DNA of 64,000 bases from a virus, in IMG/VR virus record IMGVR_UViG_3300013232_000047, positions 32,001-96,000 of that record, one strand, 5' to 3'. Shown in pieces: positions 43,256 to 53,393 of this stretch. The translations under genes were made by a program, and so were the position numbers. Position 1 is the first letter of the stretch; each line of letters opens with the position of its first letter. A model generated the notes under the pieces. The model was given only the letters and a program-made list of their open reading frames with translations. It ran no database searches and was not told the DNA's origin.

Positions 43256-44488
43256 GTGCAAGAATCTAAACTACCATCCAATTCGCAGTACGTAATCGTT
43301 ACAGTGAACAAGCCGGTAATGTTCATGCAGACAGATGACGAAACGTGGCTGTTTAACCCTAACCGGCGTTACATTATTAATGCTTCTCGGATACCTTCGA
43401 TTCATCCATTTATTGAGTCAGTTTCAGAGCTAGACAATAGCTCAATGCTCAATCCCTTACGGGCTGGTAAGGCTGTGACTGGTGCGAAGATTCTGGTTGA
43501 GCGTTTTCGTGAACGGGGCATTGGTGACCTTCTATTTCTGACAGGTCCGTTGAGCTACATCCATCACTGCTCAGGTGCGAACTGCGAGATTGATGTGTAC
43601 GCCTTCAGTGATCGGGGCTTGGTGTTGACACACGCACCGTTTTTGCACAATCAAACAGTGTATTGCGGGCCTATTGAATACGACCAATTGAAGATGTACA
43701 ACTACCATTGGTTTGTAGGCTCGGTGACTGAGTGCGATGAAGAGGGCGATCAACTTAATGTGTACGATGCCTTGTTTAAGCAACTGGGCTTTGAACCGGA
43801 TACTATTGACGCTCGCTGGAAGAAGCCTACGGCTACACTGGTACCTTCAGATTACCGAGACCTAGATGCGCTTTTGAAGTGGATTTTCGACGCTAAAAAA
43901 TTGGACATGCGTCGTATGCCCTATTACGTGGTTGCACCGTTTTCCAACAGTTCCCTGCGGTGCGCCAAGTACTCTACATGGTTGCACGTTATCAAGCAGC
44001 TGTCTCAGCGTCGTCCGGTAGTCGTGATTGGAACGTCTACAATGCGTTTGCCTGATACAGACATGAGCGTTGGAACCTTTATGCAGGCACTGGACAACTA
44101 TGGCGGTAGCGGCGTCATAAACCTAGTAGACAGGACACCCTCTGTGCGTTTGTTGATGGCTCTTATTGCACGTGCCAAAGCCGTTGTATGCCTAGATTCG
44201 GCTCCACTATACATAGCCGAGGCTGTTGGCACCCCGGCTATTTCTCTGTGGGGCAGCCATGATCCCGGCGTGCGCATTGGATATGACGAGAATTATATGC
44301 GTTATGCCATCTGGAATCGCAATGATTGCAACTGTTCTCCTTGCTATGCCTACTCGACATTTCCAGCAAATAAGTGTCCAGATGGGCCAAAGCAAAAAAT
44401 TTGTGAGTGCTTTGAAAATATCGAGGCAGATCAAGTTCTCAAGGTCATGGATGACGTGGAAAAAGACACAGGTCTAACAACTAAATGA
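43256..44488 (+). CDS. GT9 (heptosyltransferase-like) glycosyltransferase
   Basis: RGIGDLLF, LDSAPLYIAEAVGTPAISLWG, CSPC. Confidence 0.85.
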   Translation: MQESKLPSNSQYVIVTVNKPVMFMQTDDETWLFNPNRRYIINASRIPSIHPFIESVSELDNSSMLNPLRAGKAVTGAKILVERFRERGIGDLLFLTGPLSYIHHCSGANCEIDVYAFSDRGLVLTHAPFLHNQTVYCGPIEYDQLKMYNYHWFVGSVTECDEEGDQLNVYDALFKQLGFEPDTIDARWKKPTATLVPSDYRDLDALLKWIFDAKKLDMRRMPYYVVAPFSNSSLRCAKYSTWLHVIKQLSQRRPVVVIGTSTMRLPDTDMSVGTFMQALDNYGGSGVINLVDRTPSVRLLMALIARAKAVVCLDSAPLYIAEAVGTPAISLWGSHDPGVRIGYDENYMRYAIWNRNDCNCSPCYAYSTFPANKCPDGPKQKICECFENIEADQVLKVMDDVEKDTGLTTK

Positions 44489-44988
44489 ATACCTTAATTC
44501 CACCCTTAAAGAAGTTCAAGGTAGGCAACGACGAGATGGATATTGACGCGCTTCTTAAGCGTGACTATTCGGATGTGCGCGAGGCCAGTCAGGTGCTACC
44601 GGCAGCCATGTCATACCTTGGCTGGCAGCGCAGCTACTACAGGGAGCAACAGTACCTTGCGGAAGTGGCCGTCAAGGAAATTAAGGCTAGGCTGACGCTC
44701 AAGTACAAAATGGAGGGAATGGACAGCGATGGTTACATCGGTGTTAAACCGACTGAAGGCGCAATTGAAGCAGCGGTGCTTGTTCACCCTGACGTGGTTG
44801 ATGCCCAAAATCGTGTCGGAAAATGCCTGCGTATCGTCGATAACTTATTCGCTCAGATTGACGCTTTCAAATACAAAATAGAGTTAGTTCGTTCAGGTGA
44901 AGCAACGACGCGGCAGGCTGCTGCTCACGAATTACCGTCGGACGAAGAACTCGAAAATCGGTCACAAAACCAACAAACGGGAGACTAA
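44485..44988 (+). CDS. UvsY-like recombination mediator (putative)
   Basis: Helical protein with KPTEGAIEAAV..PD; position before SSB and RecA-like genes. Confidence 0.5.
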   Translation: MNTLIPPLKKFKVGNDEMDIDALLKRDYSDVREASQVLPAAMSYLGWQRSYYREQQYLAEVAVKEIKARLTLKYKMEGMDSDGYIGVKPTEGAIEAAVLVHPDVVDAQNRVGKCLRIVDNLFAQIDAFKYKIELVRSGEATTRQAAAHELPSDEELENRSQNQQTGD

Positions 44989-44990
44989 AA

Positions 44991-46412
44991 ATGCAAAGAA
45001 ACGCACCAAGTAAAATAGATCCTGAAATACTGGGTGAGCTGCACTATGAGCAGAACTTCACTCAGTCTATTAGCAACACCAAGCGCCAAGTCAAATTGGA
45101 AAAAGGCAAAATGTGGCGTATTCGTTATCTGCCTGCGAAGCTGGGTCCTAAAAAGACTTTCTTCGCTCGTATTGCCAAACATTGGTTGGCAACTAAGCCT
45201 GTTGTTTGTCCCCGGCAAACCTCACCCGCTTTTGGAGGTGATCCAGATTCGTATTGTCCAGTTTGTGATCGTTCCCATGAGCTTAATGAAAGTACCAACC
45301 AAGCAGAAAGTCAACTTGGTTACGAGAGCCGATCAAATCCACAGTGGCTTGTTTACTGTGTCGTATTTGAAAAGGACGGCTCTGAGCAGTCCATGCAGGA
45401 GGTGCTTGTGCCTTACGAGCATTGGATGTACAAAAGCACGTGGGAGGAACTGAAAGCCTTTTACATGGCAGGCGGTCAAAAGTCTCCGCTCAGCGTGTTG
45501 GACTACAAGTTGGGCAACGACTTCATAGTCAGCCGCACCAGTAAAGGCTTCAAACTCGATAAGCAGGACTCAATGCCTATTTTTGATTCTAACGATTCAA
45601 AATACGTAGATTGGATTAAGAAAATCGAGGAACAGCTTAAAAATCCTCGTGTTCAAATGCCCAAAGACGAGGAGCTACAAGCGTTTGTCATCAAGTTAGA
45701 AGAACAGGTAAACCAGCTCCGTGGTATTCGCGGCAGTGCTCGCCGGGGCCAGCCTTCTGTTGGACTTGAAGAAGAAGAAACGCAGCCTCAGCACGAGGAG
45801 AACGTGGATGATCCAGAGTCTCCGTCTCGCGCACCTGCTGCAGCCGCCCGTCCAGCCGCTCGCCGTCCAGCGCCAGCGCCAGCACCAGAACCCGAACCAG
45901 AACCCGAACCAGCCCCTGAAGACGAAGATCAGATTCCCGGCGCTGAAATGCCTGCCAAACCGGCTCCCGCTCGCGCAGCTGCTCCAGTTGCAGCCGCACG
46001 TCCAGTAACTCCAGCTCCGGCTCCCGCTCGCGCAGCTGCTCGTCCAGTAGATTCAGCTCCGGCTACGCGCCGCCCTGCTCCTCAACCCGAACCGGAGCCT
46101 GAGCCTGAACCACAAGATCCGGACTTTGAGCCCGAGCCAGCACCTGCACCGCGAGTTCAAGCCGGGCGTGCTGCGGCTCGTCCCGCAGCTCCTGTGGCTA
46201 CTCGTCGGCCTGTTTCACAACCTGAGCCCGAGGCCGAGGACGATCCTTTGCCTCCGGACGAAACCAGCGATCAAGCTCCTCCAGCACCCTTGGATGGAGT
46301 AGAAGACGAAGGCGAGCCTGCTGCTGCGCCTCCTACAATCAGCCGCAAAGGCGCTGCTTTAGGTAGCGCTATCAGAGACAAGATTAACGCAGTAAAAAAT
46401 CGTGGCTTATGA
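44991..46412 (+). CDS. Single-stranded DNA-binding protein (gp32-like) with long Pro/Ala/Glu tail
   Basis: RIRYLP..HW..CP..CPVC..GNDF pattern; acidic low-complexity tail. Confidence 0.7.
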   Translation: MQRNAPSKIDPEILGELHYEQNFTQSISNTKRQVKLEKGKMWRIRYLPAKLGPKKTFFARIAKHWLATKPVVCPRQTSPAFGGDPDSYCPVCDRSHELNESTNQAESQLGYESRSNPQWLVYCVVFEKDGSEQSMQEVLVPYEHWMYKSTWEELKAFYMAGGQKSPLSVLDYKLGNDFIVSRTSKGFKLDKQDSMPIFDSNDSKYVDWIKKIEEQLKNPRVQMPKDEELQAFVIKLEEQVNQLRGIRGSARRGQPSVGLEEEETQPQHEENVDDPESPSRAPAAAARPAARRPAPAPAPEPEPEPEPAPEDEDQIPGAEMPAKPAPARAAAPVAAARPVTPAPAPARAAARPVDSAPATRRPAPQPEPEPEPEPQDPDFEPEPAPAPRVQAGRAAARPAAPVATRRPVSQPEPEAEDDPLPPDETSDQAPPAPLDGVEDEGEPAAAPPTISRKGAALGSAIRDKINAVKNRGL

Positions 46413-47800
46413 GTAAGAAAGAAAAGATCGAGGCTCCACCGCCCACTTTTCAAGAGCTTATTCTGGCTAATCTGCGAAAACATGCACCCCGCAGTGAGAA
46501 CAGCGGGGTGTATGAAATCAGTAGCACGAATGAACAAGTTTTGTCTAAAATCCAGTACGTTTTAACAACCGGTAATCCTGCCTTCGATGAACTCGTGGGC
46601 GGGATGCCCTTTGGTAGAATCGTCGAGGTTTATGGACTGGAAGGCTGTGGAAAGACGGCGTTGGCTATCCGTTGCGCCGGGCGAGCTGAGCGTGGTTTTG
46701 TCAGCGAAATCATTCGAGACGTGGACGGCAACGTAACATACCGTCAGCTTGACCCCGATGAGTTCGATGTCGGCGTTATCTACATTGACAACGAACGATC
46801 ACTAGACGATGACCGAAAGCTTATTGTCGATGGTCAGCGTATCAACGTGGGTTTAGCCTACTGTGATACAGTGGATAAGCTGTTCAAGCAGATTGATGAT
46901 TCCATCGGGACTATTGAGGCGTTGGAGAAAACTGTGGCTGGGCGTAAGAAGCTTCATTTCCTTGTCATCGTGGTAGATACAATTGCATCGACCAGCAATA
47001 AACAGGAACAGGCTCAGGCATGGGGTAAGGTTGATTTTAACCGTGCTCCGCAGGCTTATAGCCAAGGTTTCCGCAAGCTGATGAGCAAGGTTAACAGTCA
47101 CAACGTCTGTCTTATCTGCACCAATCAGGTTCGCGTGAACTTCAAAGCAGCTCAGCAGGCCCAGCAAATGGGCCGCCAATTGTCTGGCACCAGTAGCTTT
47201 GAGTACACCAGCTACGGTGGCTACGCATTGCGTTTTTACGCCACGCATCGCATTTTTATGCATGCCAATCAGGCGAAGTACAAACTGTTGCCCAGCGCTC
47301 AGTTTGCTGCGGGTATCGTGGTGGGTTTCCACAGCGTTAAAAATCGCATCAAGATGCCGTTCCGCGACGGGAAGATGGTTTTGCTGCTTGATCCTGAGCA
47401 GGGTGGCCTTCATCCTGTTTTTAGCATGCTGGAAACCTTGGTTCTGCTAAAGGCCATTGAGGTTAAATCGAAGGAAAAGGGCTGCAACTTTGTCTGTAAA
47501 TTCGCGGCTTGCGGAATCACGCCGACCACCTTTGACCCGGATCAGCTAGATACTTCGTTAGACGAAGATGACGATAAACCTAAACGCCGGGGCGCTCCTC
47601 GTGAAAAGAAGGAGGTTGGTTTCAAATATCGTGCGGATTGGCCTGCGTTCTACGCGCAGCATCAGGCTGATTGTGATCTGCTTTGGAAAGCTGCCGTGAC
47701 CGGTGCGTTCGTAACTGTGGGACTAGACGGACAAACTGACGAAGAAATAGACGCTGATGACTTAATCAGCAATCCAGTCCTACCTGAATTGGAAGATTGA
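46409..47800 (+). CDS. recA: RecA/UvsX recombinase
   Basis: GGMPFGRIVEVYGLEGCGKT, YIDNE, IVVDTIA, TNQVR, GGYALRFYA, KNRI. Confidence 0.93.
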   Translation: MSKKEKIEAPPPTFQELILANLRKHAPRSENSGVYEISSTNEQVLSKIQYVLTTGNPAFDELVGGMPFGRIVEVYGLEGCGKTALAIRCAGRAERGFVSEIIRDVDGNVTYRQLDPDEFDVGVIYIDNERSLDDDRKLIVDGQRINVGLAYCDTVDKLFKQIDDSIGTIEALEKTVAGRKKLHFLVIVVDTIASTSNKQEQAQAWGKVDFNRAPQAYSQGFRKLMSKVNSHNVCLICTNQVRVNFKAAQQAQQMGRQLSGTSSFEYTSYGGYALRFYATHRIFMHANQAKYKLLPSAQFAAGIVVGFHSVKNRIKMPFRDGKMVLLLDPEQGGLHPVFSMLETLVLLKAIEVKSKEKGCNFVCKFAACGITPTTFDPDQLDTSLDEDDDKPKRRGAPREKKEVGFKYRADWPAFYAQHQADCDLLWKAAVTGAFVTVGLDGQTDEEIDADDLISNPVLPELED

Positions 47801-47802
47801 TT

Positions 47803-48417
47803 ATGGCAAAGAAAACTGAATATGTAACAGATGAAGAACTGACTAATGCTGTTAGTCAGCTGCTTACCACCGTTCCTCAGCTTAAGGCACTTCGTGATTG
47901 CGATGTGGTTATCCTTTGCTGCATGCGTGTTCGCATGGATGATAATGGTGAAACTGAACAACCGAAAGGCTGTCCAGTTAAACTCAAGAAGTTGTCGGAT
48001 TTGGAGCGTTTGTTCGTTGAGGGCAATGCGCACTACATTCTGACGATGGATTATCATTTCTGGAAAAACTCCAATGAGAGGCAGCACACTGCTCAGTTGT
48101 TCGATGAACTGATGGGCATCAAGGTTGAAACGTCTGAAACAGGATTGAAGCTCAAAAAGCGTGATGCGACTGTTACAGTGCGACACGTTGAAACTGTTGA
48201 GCTGTTTGGCGCATTTGACGACCCTACACTGGCACTTCGTGAAGCCATGAAAAACGTGGGAAAACGAATGAAAGACTTTGTAGACGATATTACCCCGGCA
48301 GCGTCATCTGCCGATGATTCTGATCCGGAACAAGCACCCGAATCGGGGGAACAGCCCGAAGATGCTGACGAAGTTCCAGTGTCAAAACAAAAGGTAAAAA
48401 CTGTGCCTAAAAAATAG
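47803..48417 (+). CDS. Hypothetical protein, phage metallopeptidase-like
   Basis: YILTMD..W..QHTAQLFDELMGI pattern with HExxH not intact; acidic tail. Confidence 0.5.
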   Translation: MAKKTEYVTDEELTNAVSQLLTTVPQLKALRDCDVVILCCMRVRMDDNGETEQPKGCPVKLKKLSDLERLFVEGNAHYILTMDYHFWKNSNERQHTAQLFDELMGIKVETSETGLKLKKRDATVTVRHVETVELFGAFDDPTLALREAMKNVGKRMKDFVDDITPAASSADDSDPEQAPESGEQPEDADEVPVSKQKVKTVPKK

Positions 48418-48492
48418 TGAATATTTTTTGATTATCCATCTTGTCAAAAGTTTACAATTGCATAGCCTTGGAGCTAGCAACATCAAATTTTT

Positions 48493-49218
48493 ATGAGCAG
48501 TAAACCAATAACTTTTGGCCGATATCAAAAGGTTGAAGCCATTCTAGAGGCGGATCGAGCGATTAAAGCCAAGCTAGGTCCAAAGACTCAAATTGTCTGC
48601 CGACCCCCGCCCAGCAATGAAAAGGTTTTTTTCGCTAAGCCCGTTGTTTACATAACGGAGACGCTACACGCCAACGGCGCAGATGCCCATACGACCAGTA
48701 GGACGGATGTGCTGAAGCTCGCGTTGAAACTTATGCAGGAAGGTGACGGTGTGTTTAAAGTCCCTGATATCATTCACCCACCTGCTGCGCTTGAAACAGG
48801 CAAGCCTGTTGCAGAACCAAAGAAAGAAAAGCCTGAAAAACCGAGTCCTGATGTTCCAAAGCCAGCTGTTAAAAAGGCTGCTTCAGGACTGGCAAAAGCG
48901 ACAGCTGCTACAAAGAGTCCGGTTGCTAAAAAAGAGGACAAAGTTGTTCCAAAAACCGAAGAGGATTTAACTCGACCTCCACGTCCGGAACTGATAGAGG
49001 GCATTAAGAGGATGGCCACTCTTGATCCAACGCTTCCGTACGCTTATGGGATAAGCATGTCAACCTTGTTGATGACGGCAGATCAAATAGCAGAGGCTCA
49101 TGACCGTTCTCCCGGTCGTAAGGAACGTCAGCAGAAATTGGCCGAATTGATACGTGATTACCAAGCTCTGACGATAATTCCAAAGGGTGTTAAAGAAAAT
49201 AGTTCAGGTTCTGAGTAA
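48493..49218 (+). CDS. Hypothetical protein
   Basis: 241-aa ORF with Lys/Pro linker. Confidence 0.65.
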   Translation: MSSKPITFGRYQKVEAILEADRAIKAKLGPKTQIVCRPPPSNEKVFFAKPVVYITETLHANGADAHTTSRTDVLKLALKLMQEGDGVFKVPDIIHPPAALETGKPVAEPKKEKPEKPSPDVPKPAVKKAASGLAKATAATKSPVAKKEDKVVPKTEEDLTRPPRPELIEGIKRMATLDPTLPYAYGISMSTLLMTADQIAEAHDRSPGRKERQQKLAELIRDYQALTIIPKGVKENSSGSE

Positions 49219-49267
49219 CCGCGTTGATCGCCATTCTTAAACTGTATGGCGATCTTGTTTAAGCCAC

Positions 49268-50281
49268 ATGCCTAAGAAAGCAAATGACCTTAGTCCGTCA
49301 CCAGAGGGGGAACATATTTTCCCAGCCTCTCAGCTTACGCCTCTTGCTGTCCGGTGGAAGGAACTTTCCGCCGCCGGGCGGCATAAAGAGGCCATGTTCG
49401 TTTTAGAGCAAATTGTCGAGGGATCAACTGCCATGTTTCAACGGTTGGCCCAGTTCGAAGACTTTCACTATACGGTTGACCTGCCTATCCTCGTCAGCGC
49501 TGCGCAGGAGAAGGTGGTAAAGTGGCTTCAAAAGTGGCAGCCAAAGAAGGGTCGTTTATTCTCGTGGTTTTCAAAGTGCGCTAAAAACGCTTATCGTTCC
49601 GAACTGGTTAAGGTGATTCAGTACCGTAAGCGCTACCACGTCACGAGCGACAATCTAGAAAAATTTTATGGTCACGAAGATCATGCTATCGACAAGCATG
49701 ATCTTGCTCAAGAGTTTCAAAACAAGTTAAAGCAGATGACTTGTCGCTGGGGAGATCCACAGGAAATAGCTACCATTCGATACCATATAGACTGCATTGT
49801 TGATGATGAGCGCGACAAACAAGGTGCTATTAGAGGAGCATCTTATGCCTACGGATTGAGTCTGGAGAGTTCAAAATTTTTCTACGGTTGGACTTTGGCA
49901 GCTATGCGCCATGAGCTGTACAGCAAAATTCATGTGCCTTTCACAGAGCAAGACTTGTTTCGGGCAGCGTGTTCTTACGAGCCTGTGGTCGATCTACTGG
50001 AATACGTGTCTTGGGACACTCTAAAGAGAATCATCACACGCTATCAAGGGACCCGGCTTAAATTCCCTACGCTTGCTTACTTGGCAAAGATACATGAGAA
50101 CTACGCGATTCATCGAGATATTGAAAGAAGCGACCTTGATCCGGATGCTGTCGCGGAAGTAGCGCGGAAACGGAAACGCACTGCCCGTTCAGCGCAAGAA
50201 ATATTTAACGATATGGTGAAAATTTTAGATCCAAACCGTACGGGAGAATATGGAATTTACGAACACGGAGACGACAATTGA
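49268..50281 (+). CDS. Sigma factor-like protein
   Basis: Region-2-like KWQPKKGRLFSWFSKCAKNAY. Confidence 0.65.
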   Translation: MPKKANDLSPSPEGEHIFPASQLTPLAVRWKELSAAGRHKEAMFVLEQIVEGSTAMFQRLAQFEDFHYTVDLPILVSAAQEKVVKWLQKWQPKKGRLFSWFSKCAKNAYRSELVKVIQYRKRYHVTSDNLEKFYGHEDHAIDKHDLAQEFQNKLKQMTCRWGDPQEIATIRYHIDCIVDDERDKQGAIRGASYAYGLSLESSKFFYGWTLAAMRHELYSKIHVPFTEQDLFRAACSYEPVVDLLEYVSWDTLKRIITRYQGTRLKFPTLAYLAKIHENYAIHRDIERSDLDPDAVAEVARKRKRTARSAQEIFNDMVKILDPNRTGEYGIYEHGDDN

Positions 50282-51734
50282 GTGGTCATCTTTAAGACTG
50301 ACCGACAGAAATTTCAGGTTGGTGTTGTATCAAGCACCTAACCTGCGCCCACCAGTGCTGGACGAGATGATGCCTGACTGTGAACGACTGATACATTCAG
50401 TTGCTCAAATTTATTCTGACCAAAGCAGCCCCCATTTGCAGTTTGAGGAAATGGTTGGGGAAGGCCGGTTAAAGCTAGCTGAGATCATAGACAAGGGTCA
50501 TGTGATGAAGCAGCCAACCCGCAGTAATTTTTTCAAATTTTTCAAGGCATCTCTTCAGAATCATGCCAAGTCCAGAGTTCAAAAGTACAGGTTCACTGAA
50601 AAGCGCACAGGGGTAAAACCTCCTCCTAGAAAAGAACGCTTCGCTGTAACCCTTCCCGGCGTGACTTCTGAGGAGGAAGAAAAGCAGCGCCCAGCTTATC
50701 ATAAGCAGGTCGAGCTGAGCTTAGACGATACGGACCTCCATCTTCAAGTCGCGGATACCAGTGATGATGAAGCAGAGCTGCGAGAAGTTGCAGAAGATTA
50801 CGAGGTACTCCTAGGCGAGGTAGAGAAAGTTGTGTTTAGGCAGCTTTACTGGCCTAATGAAAAAGCTCGCTGTATTGCCTTTGTAGACGCTCATTTTCAA
50901 CGGATGTCCGGAAAATTTTCTGTTAAAATAAAACACAGTCATTTAGCTGAAGGACTAGAAATATCCTTAGAATTGTTTGAAGAAACTGTTCTAAGGATTA
51001 AGAAGAAGATTGCCGCTTACCAAGCTATGACTGATGCAGAACAATTAGACAAAGCGCGTCAAAGCGCAGTGATTTCGCAGTTGAAGTCTGTATTTGGTGT
51101 GCAGATTCCACCAACTGCGGACAGTATGCTTATACGCCGATTGTTTACACTAGCAGCGCGTGACCAGCATACAAAGGTAAACCAGCAGGTTGCTGAGATG
51201 CTGGAAATCATTGGTGCAAAAGTTCCGCGTCTACACAAGGACATGATCTCTTGTTACGGCGTGTTGTATACAGCCTACGATCGCCGCTGTCAGTCTTGTG
51301 GTTTGAAGAAAAGTTGTTTTGTAGAGGCTTCCAATCTTGGGCTGACTAAGATAACGCTCAGTCCCCTGTTGCTCGGCTCTCGCCAGCAGCGCAGTCCAGT
51401 TATACTGCCGACTATTGAAGGGGAAGAAACGCCGGGCGCAGCCAGCTACGACGAAGCTGAGATTCTCAGTTATCTTGACGAGTACTTCAAGAGATTCAAA
51501 CGGGGTGACACTATCTACTACGGCCATCCGACCGAGGATGCTGATAAGCAGGTCCTCCTGTTCTGTCTTGGTGCTCAGACCAGTCCGCTTGTGATTCGTT
51601 TTTGCAGCCCAAGTGAGTCACTGAAAAAGAAACTGGTCGCTAAAGGCAAAAGCTGGTTTGCGCCAGATAATACGCCTACAGCGGCCATAACTGCGTTGAT
51701 AGATCAACACGCCAAGGATAATCTTAATGGCTAA
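50250..51734 (+). CDS. Second sigma factor-like protein with C-terminal extension
   Basis: FEEMVGEGRLKL..FFKFFKASLQNH, VELSLDD, region-4-like HLAEGLEIS; CYG..CQSC..C. Confidence 0.55.
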   Translation: MEFTNTETTIEWSSLRLTDRNFRLVLYQAPNLRPPVLDEMMPDCERLIHSVAQIYSDQSSPHLQFEEMVGEGRLKLAEIIDKGHVMKQPTRSNFFKFFKASLQNHAKSRVQKYRFTEKRTGVKPPPRKERFAVTLPGVTSEEEEKQRPAYHKQVELSLDDTDLHLQVADTSDDEAELREVAEDYEVLLGEVEKVVFRQLYWPNEKARCIAFVDAHFQRMSGKFSVKIKHSHLAEGLEISLELFEETVLRIKKKIAAYQAMTDAEQLDKARQSAVISQLKSVFGVQIPPTADSMLIRRLFTLAARDQHTKVNQQVAEMLEIIGAKVPRLHKDMISCYGVLYTAYDRRCQSCGLKKSCFVEASNLGLTKITLSPLLLGSRQQRSPVILPTIEGEETPGAASYDEAEILSYLDEYFKRFKRGDTIYYGHPTEDADKQVLLFCLGAQTSPLVIRFCSPSESLKKKLVAKGKSWFAPDNTPTAAITALIDQHAKDNLNG

Positions 51735-52095
51735 GCCTATTGAACCAACGTCGCCTGCAACGCCCACGGCGCAGGCACAGCCAATGCAGCCAATCAGTCG
51801 TTTTGAAGCTCAGCGTAGTCTTGGTTTATTTGCCAAATGGGACTACACCATGTTCGGTTTGATACTGTTCACGTGGGTTAGTGTCCTTTACTACTGGCTT
51901 CTGCGTCCTGAACCCAGTTTCAGTATTATTCTGTTTGGTTTGTTGATAACGCTGTTACTCGCTGTTGCGTGGCTTATTGTGCTGGTTTACCGGGTGCTCG
52001 TGTTCATTCTGGATGTACACGCGGACATCATGTTACTCCCGGAGGCTGCTTCACGCATTGTGCTCGGATACTACGAAGGTCGAACTAAAAAATGA
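51727..52095 (+). CDS. Two-helix membrane protein
   Basis: Two hydrophobic segments. Confidence 0.65.
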   Translation: MAKPIEPTSPATPTAQAQPMQPISRFEAQRSLGLFAKWDYTMFGLILFTWVSVLYYWLLRPEPSFSIILFGLLITLLLAVAWLIVLVYRVLVFILDVHADIMLLPEAASRIVLGYYEGRTKK

Positions 52096-52388
52096 AAGCT
52101 TACACACGAAATAACCTCGCGGATGACTTAGCTGATCACCTTAAATTACCAGTCAGTCAGGTAAAGCCTACAGTGGAATTTATCATTGATCGTTTGGCTC
52201 AGGTCATGGTTGAAGGTCAAAAAGTTGAATTTCGCGGTTTTGGCATTTTTGTGCCACAAATTCGCAAAAGCAAAATTGGAAGGAATCCAAAGTGCCCGGA
52301 AGCGGGTACCTATGTAATTCCTGCGCGGAAGGTGATTCGGTTCCGAGTTGGCAAGGAACTGGATATTAAGCTCAATCCTTCAGTGTAG
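52092..52388 (+). CDS. HU/IHF-family DNA-binding protein
   Basis: VEFRGFGIF..RKSKIGRNP..IPARKVIRFRVGKEL. Confidence 0.93.
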   Translation: MKAYTRNNLADDLADHLKLPVSQVKPTVEFIIDRLAQVMVEGQKVEFRGFGIFVPQIRKSKIGRNPKCPEAGTYVIPARKVIRFRVGKELDIKLNPSV

Positions 52389-52408
52389 GCGGTCGGCAAC
52401 TCAAGCCT

Positions 52409-52443
52409 AAAGCGGTTCGTTTCTCCCGGCGAACCGCTTTTTT
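52409..52443 (+). terminator. Intrinsic terminator
   Basis: AAAGCGGTTCG..CGAACCGCTTTTTT. Confidence 0.8.
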
Positions 52444-52457
52444 CGTTCTTACATACT

Positions 52458-53384
52458 ATGAAATCAGCTATTGCCATACTCACGTATCGTCGAATTAACG
52501 CGCTCAAAACCATGCTCGAAGGCGTCGAAAAACACTGTCCACAATATGCAACAGCTATAATGGAAGACTGTGGTCAACGAGATGGCACAGCGGATATGCT
52601 GTGCGCTGGGCGGTCACCTGAACCTCAAAAGCATTTGATGGCGACCCAGTGGATTCCAGAGGATTCAGAAAAGGCTAATTACCCAAACGTGGATGTATAC
52701 ATGGGTGATCGTAATTTGGGCGTGGCTGGAAATTCTAACAGGGCACTCAAATGGTTTTTGGACGGTGACTGCGATCATTTGTTGCTCTGTAATGACGACC
52801 TATTTGTGCTGGGCGATTTCGCTGATCTTTACGCACGGGCACACCAAGATTTGGGCGTCGGCATGTTCGCTTTTTGTGATTTTACGGAGGCTTCTCCTGC
52901 CATATCAGGTGCTCCAGAATCATACAAGTGGACGACTTACCCGGTGCGAGGGTGGAATGTGAAATTCCTGCCTCGGTTTACAGGCATAATGATGTCTGTA
53001 ACACGTAAGACTGTGGAGGCTGCTGGTTACTTTGACGCGAGCTTCGGTCAGTTTGGTGAGGAGCACTGTGATTGGACTATCCGTTGTCGTTTAGCCGGTG
53101 GCATCCGGTTGAATAATCAAGACATGAACTGCCTCGATGTCGAGCACGCGAGGCTTAGACACCAAGATGTTGAGACATCCATGCCACGGGGCGTAGAACG
53201 TCAGATGGCAGATGAAGAAGCTAGCCGGGTCATGCAGGAGGCAGCACGATCGTATGCTTACCGGCATTTTTATCGTCCGTTTCGGTTGAAGTTGCCAAGT
53301 AAAGCGGGCGGGTACCGTGGAGGAGGTATCTCGGTTTCGCGCCTTTTAGACTACGACTATAACCTTGTAGTGGATCTCGTGTAG
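52458..53384 (+). CDS. GT2-family glycosyltransferase
   Basis: AILTYRR, EDCG, NLGVAGNSN, LLCNDD, GYFD..FG.EHCDW. Confidence 0.88.
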   Translation: MKSAIAILTYRRINALKTMLEGVEKHCPQYATAIMEDCGQRDGTADMLCAGRSPEPQKHLMATQWIPEDSEKANYPNVDVYMGDRNLGVAGNSNRALKWFLDGDCDHLLLCNDDLFVLGDFADLYARAHQDLGVGMFAFCDFTEASPAISGAPESYKWTTYPVRGWNVKFLPRFTGIMMSVTRKTVEAAGYFDASFGQFGEEHCDWTIRCRLAGGIRLNNQDMNCLDVEHARLRHQDVETSMPRGVERQMADEEASRVMQEAARSYAYRHFYRPFRLKLPSKAGGYRGGGISVSRLLDYDYNLVVDLV

Positions 53385-53393
53385 TTAGGCTAT

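Noticed and set aside
45830-46260. Short tandem repeats (GAACCC, GCTCCCGCTCGCGCAGCT)
   Set aside because: Encode the Pro/Glu/Ala linker of the SSB-like protein
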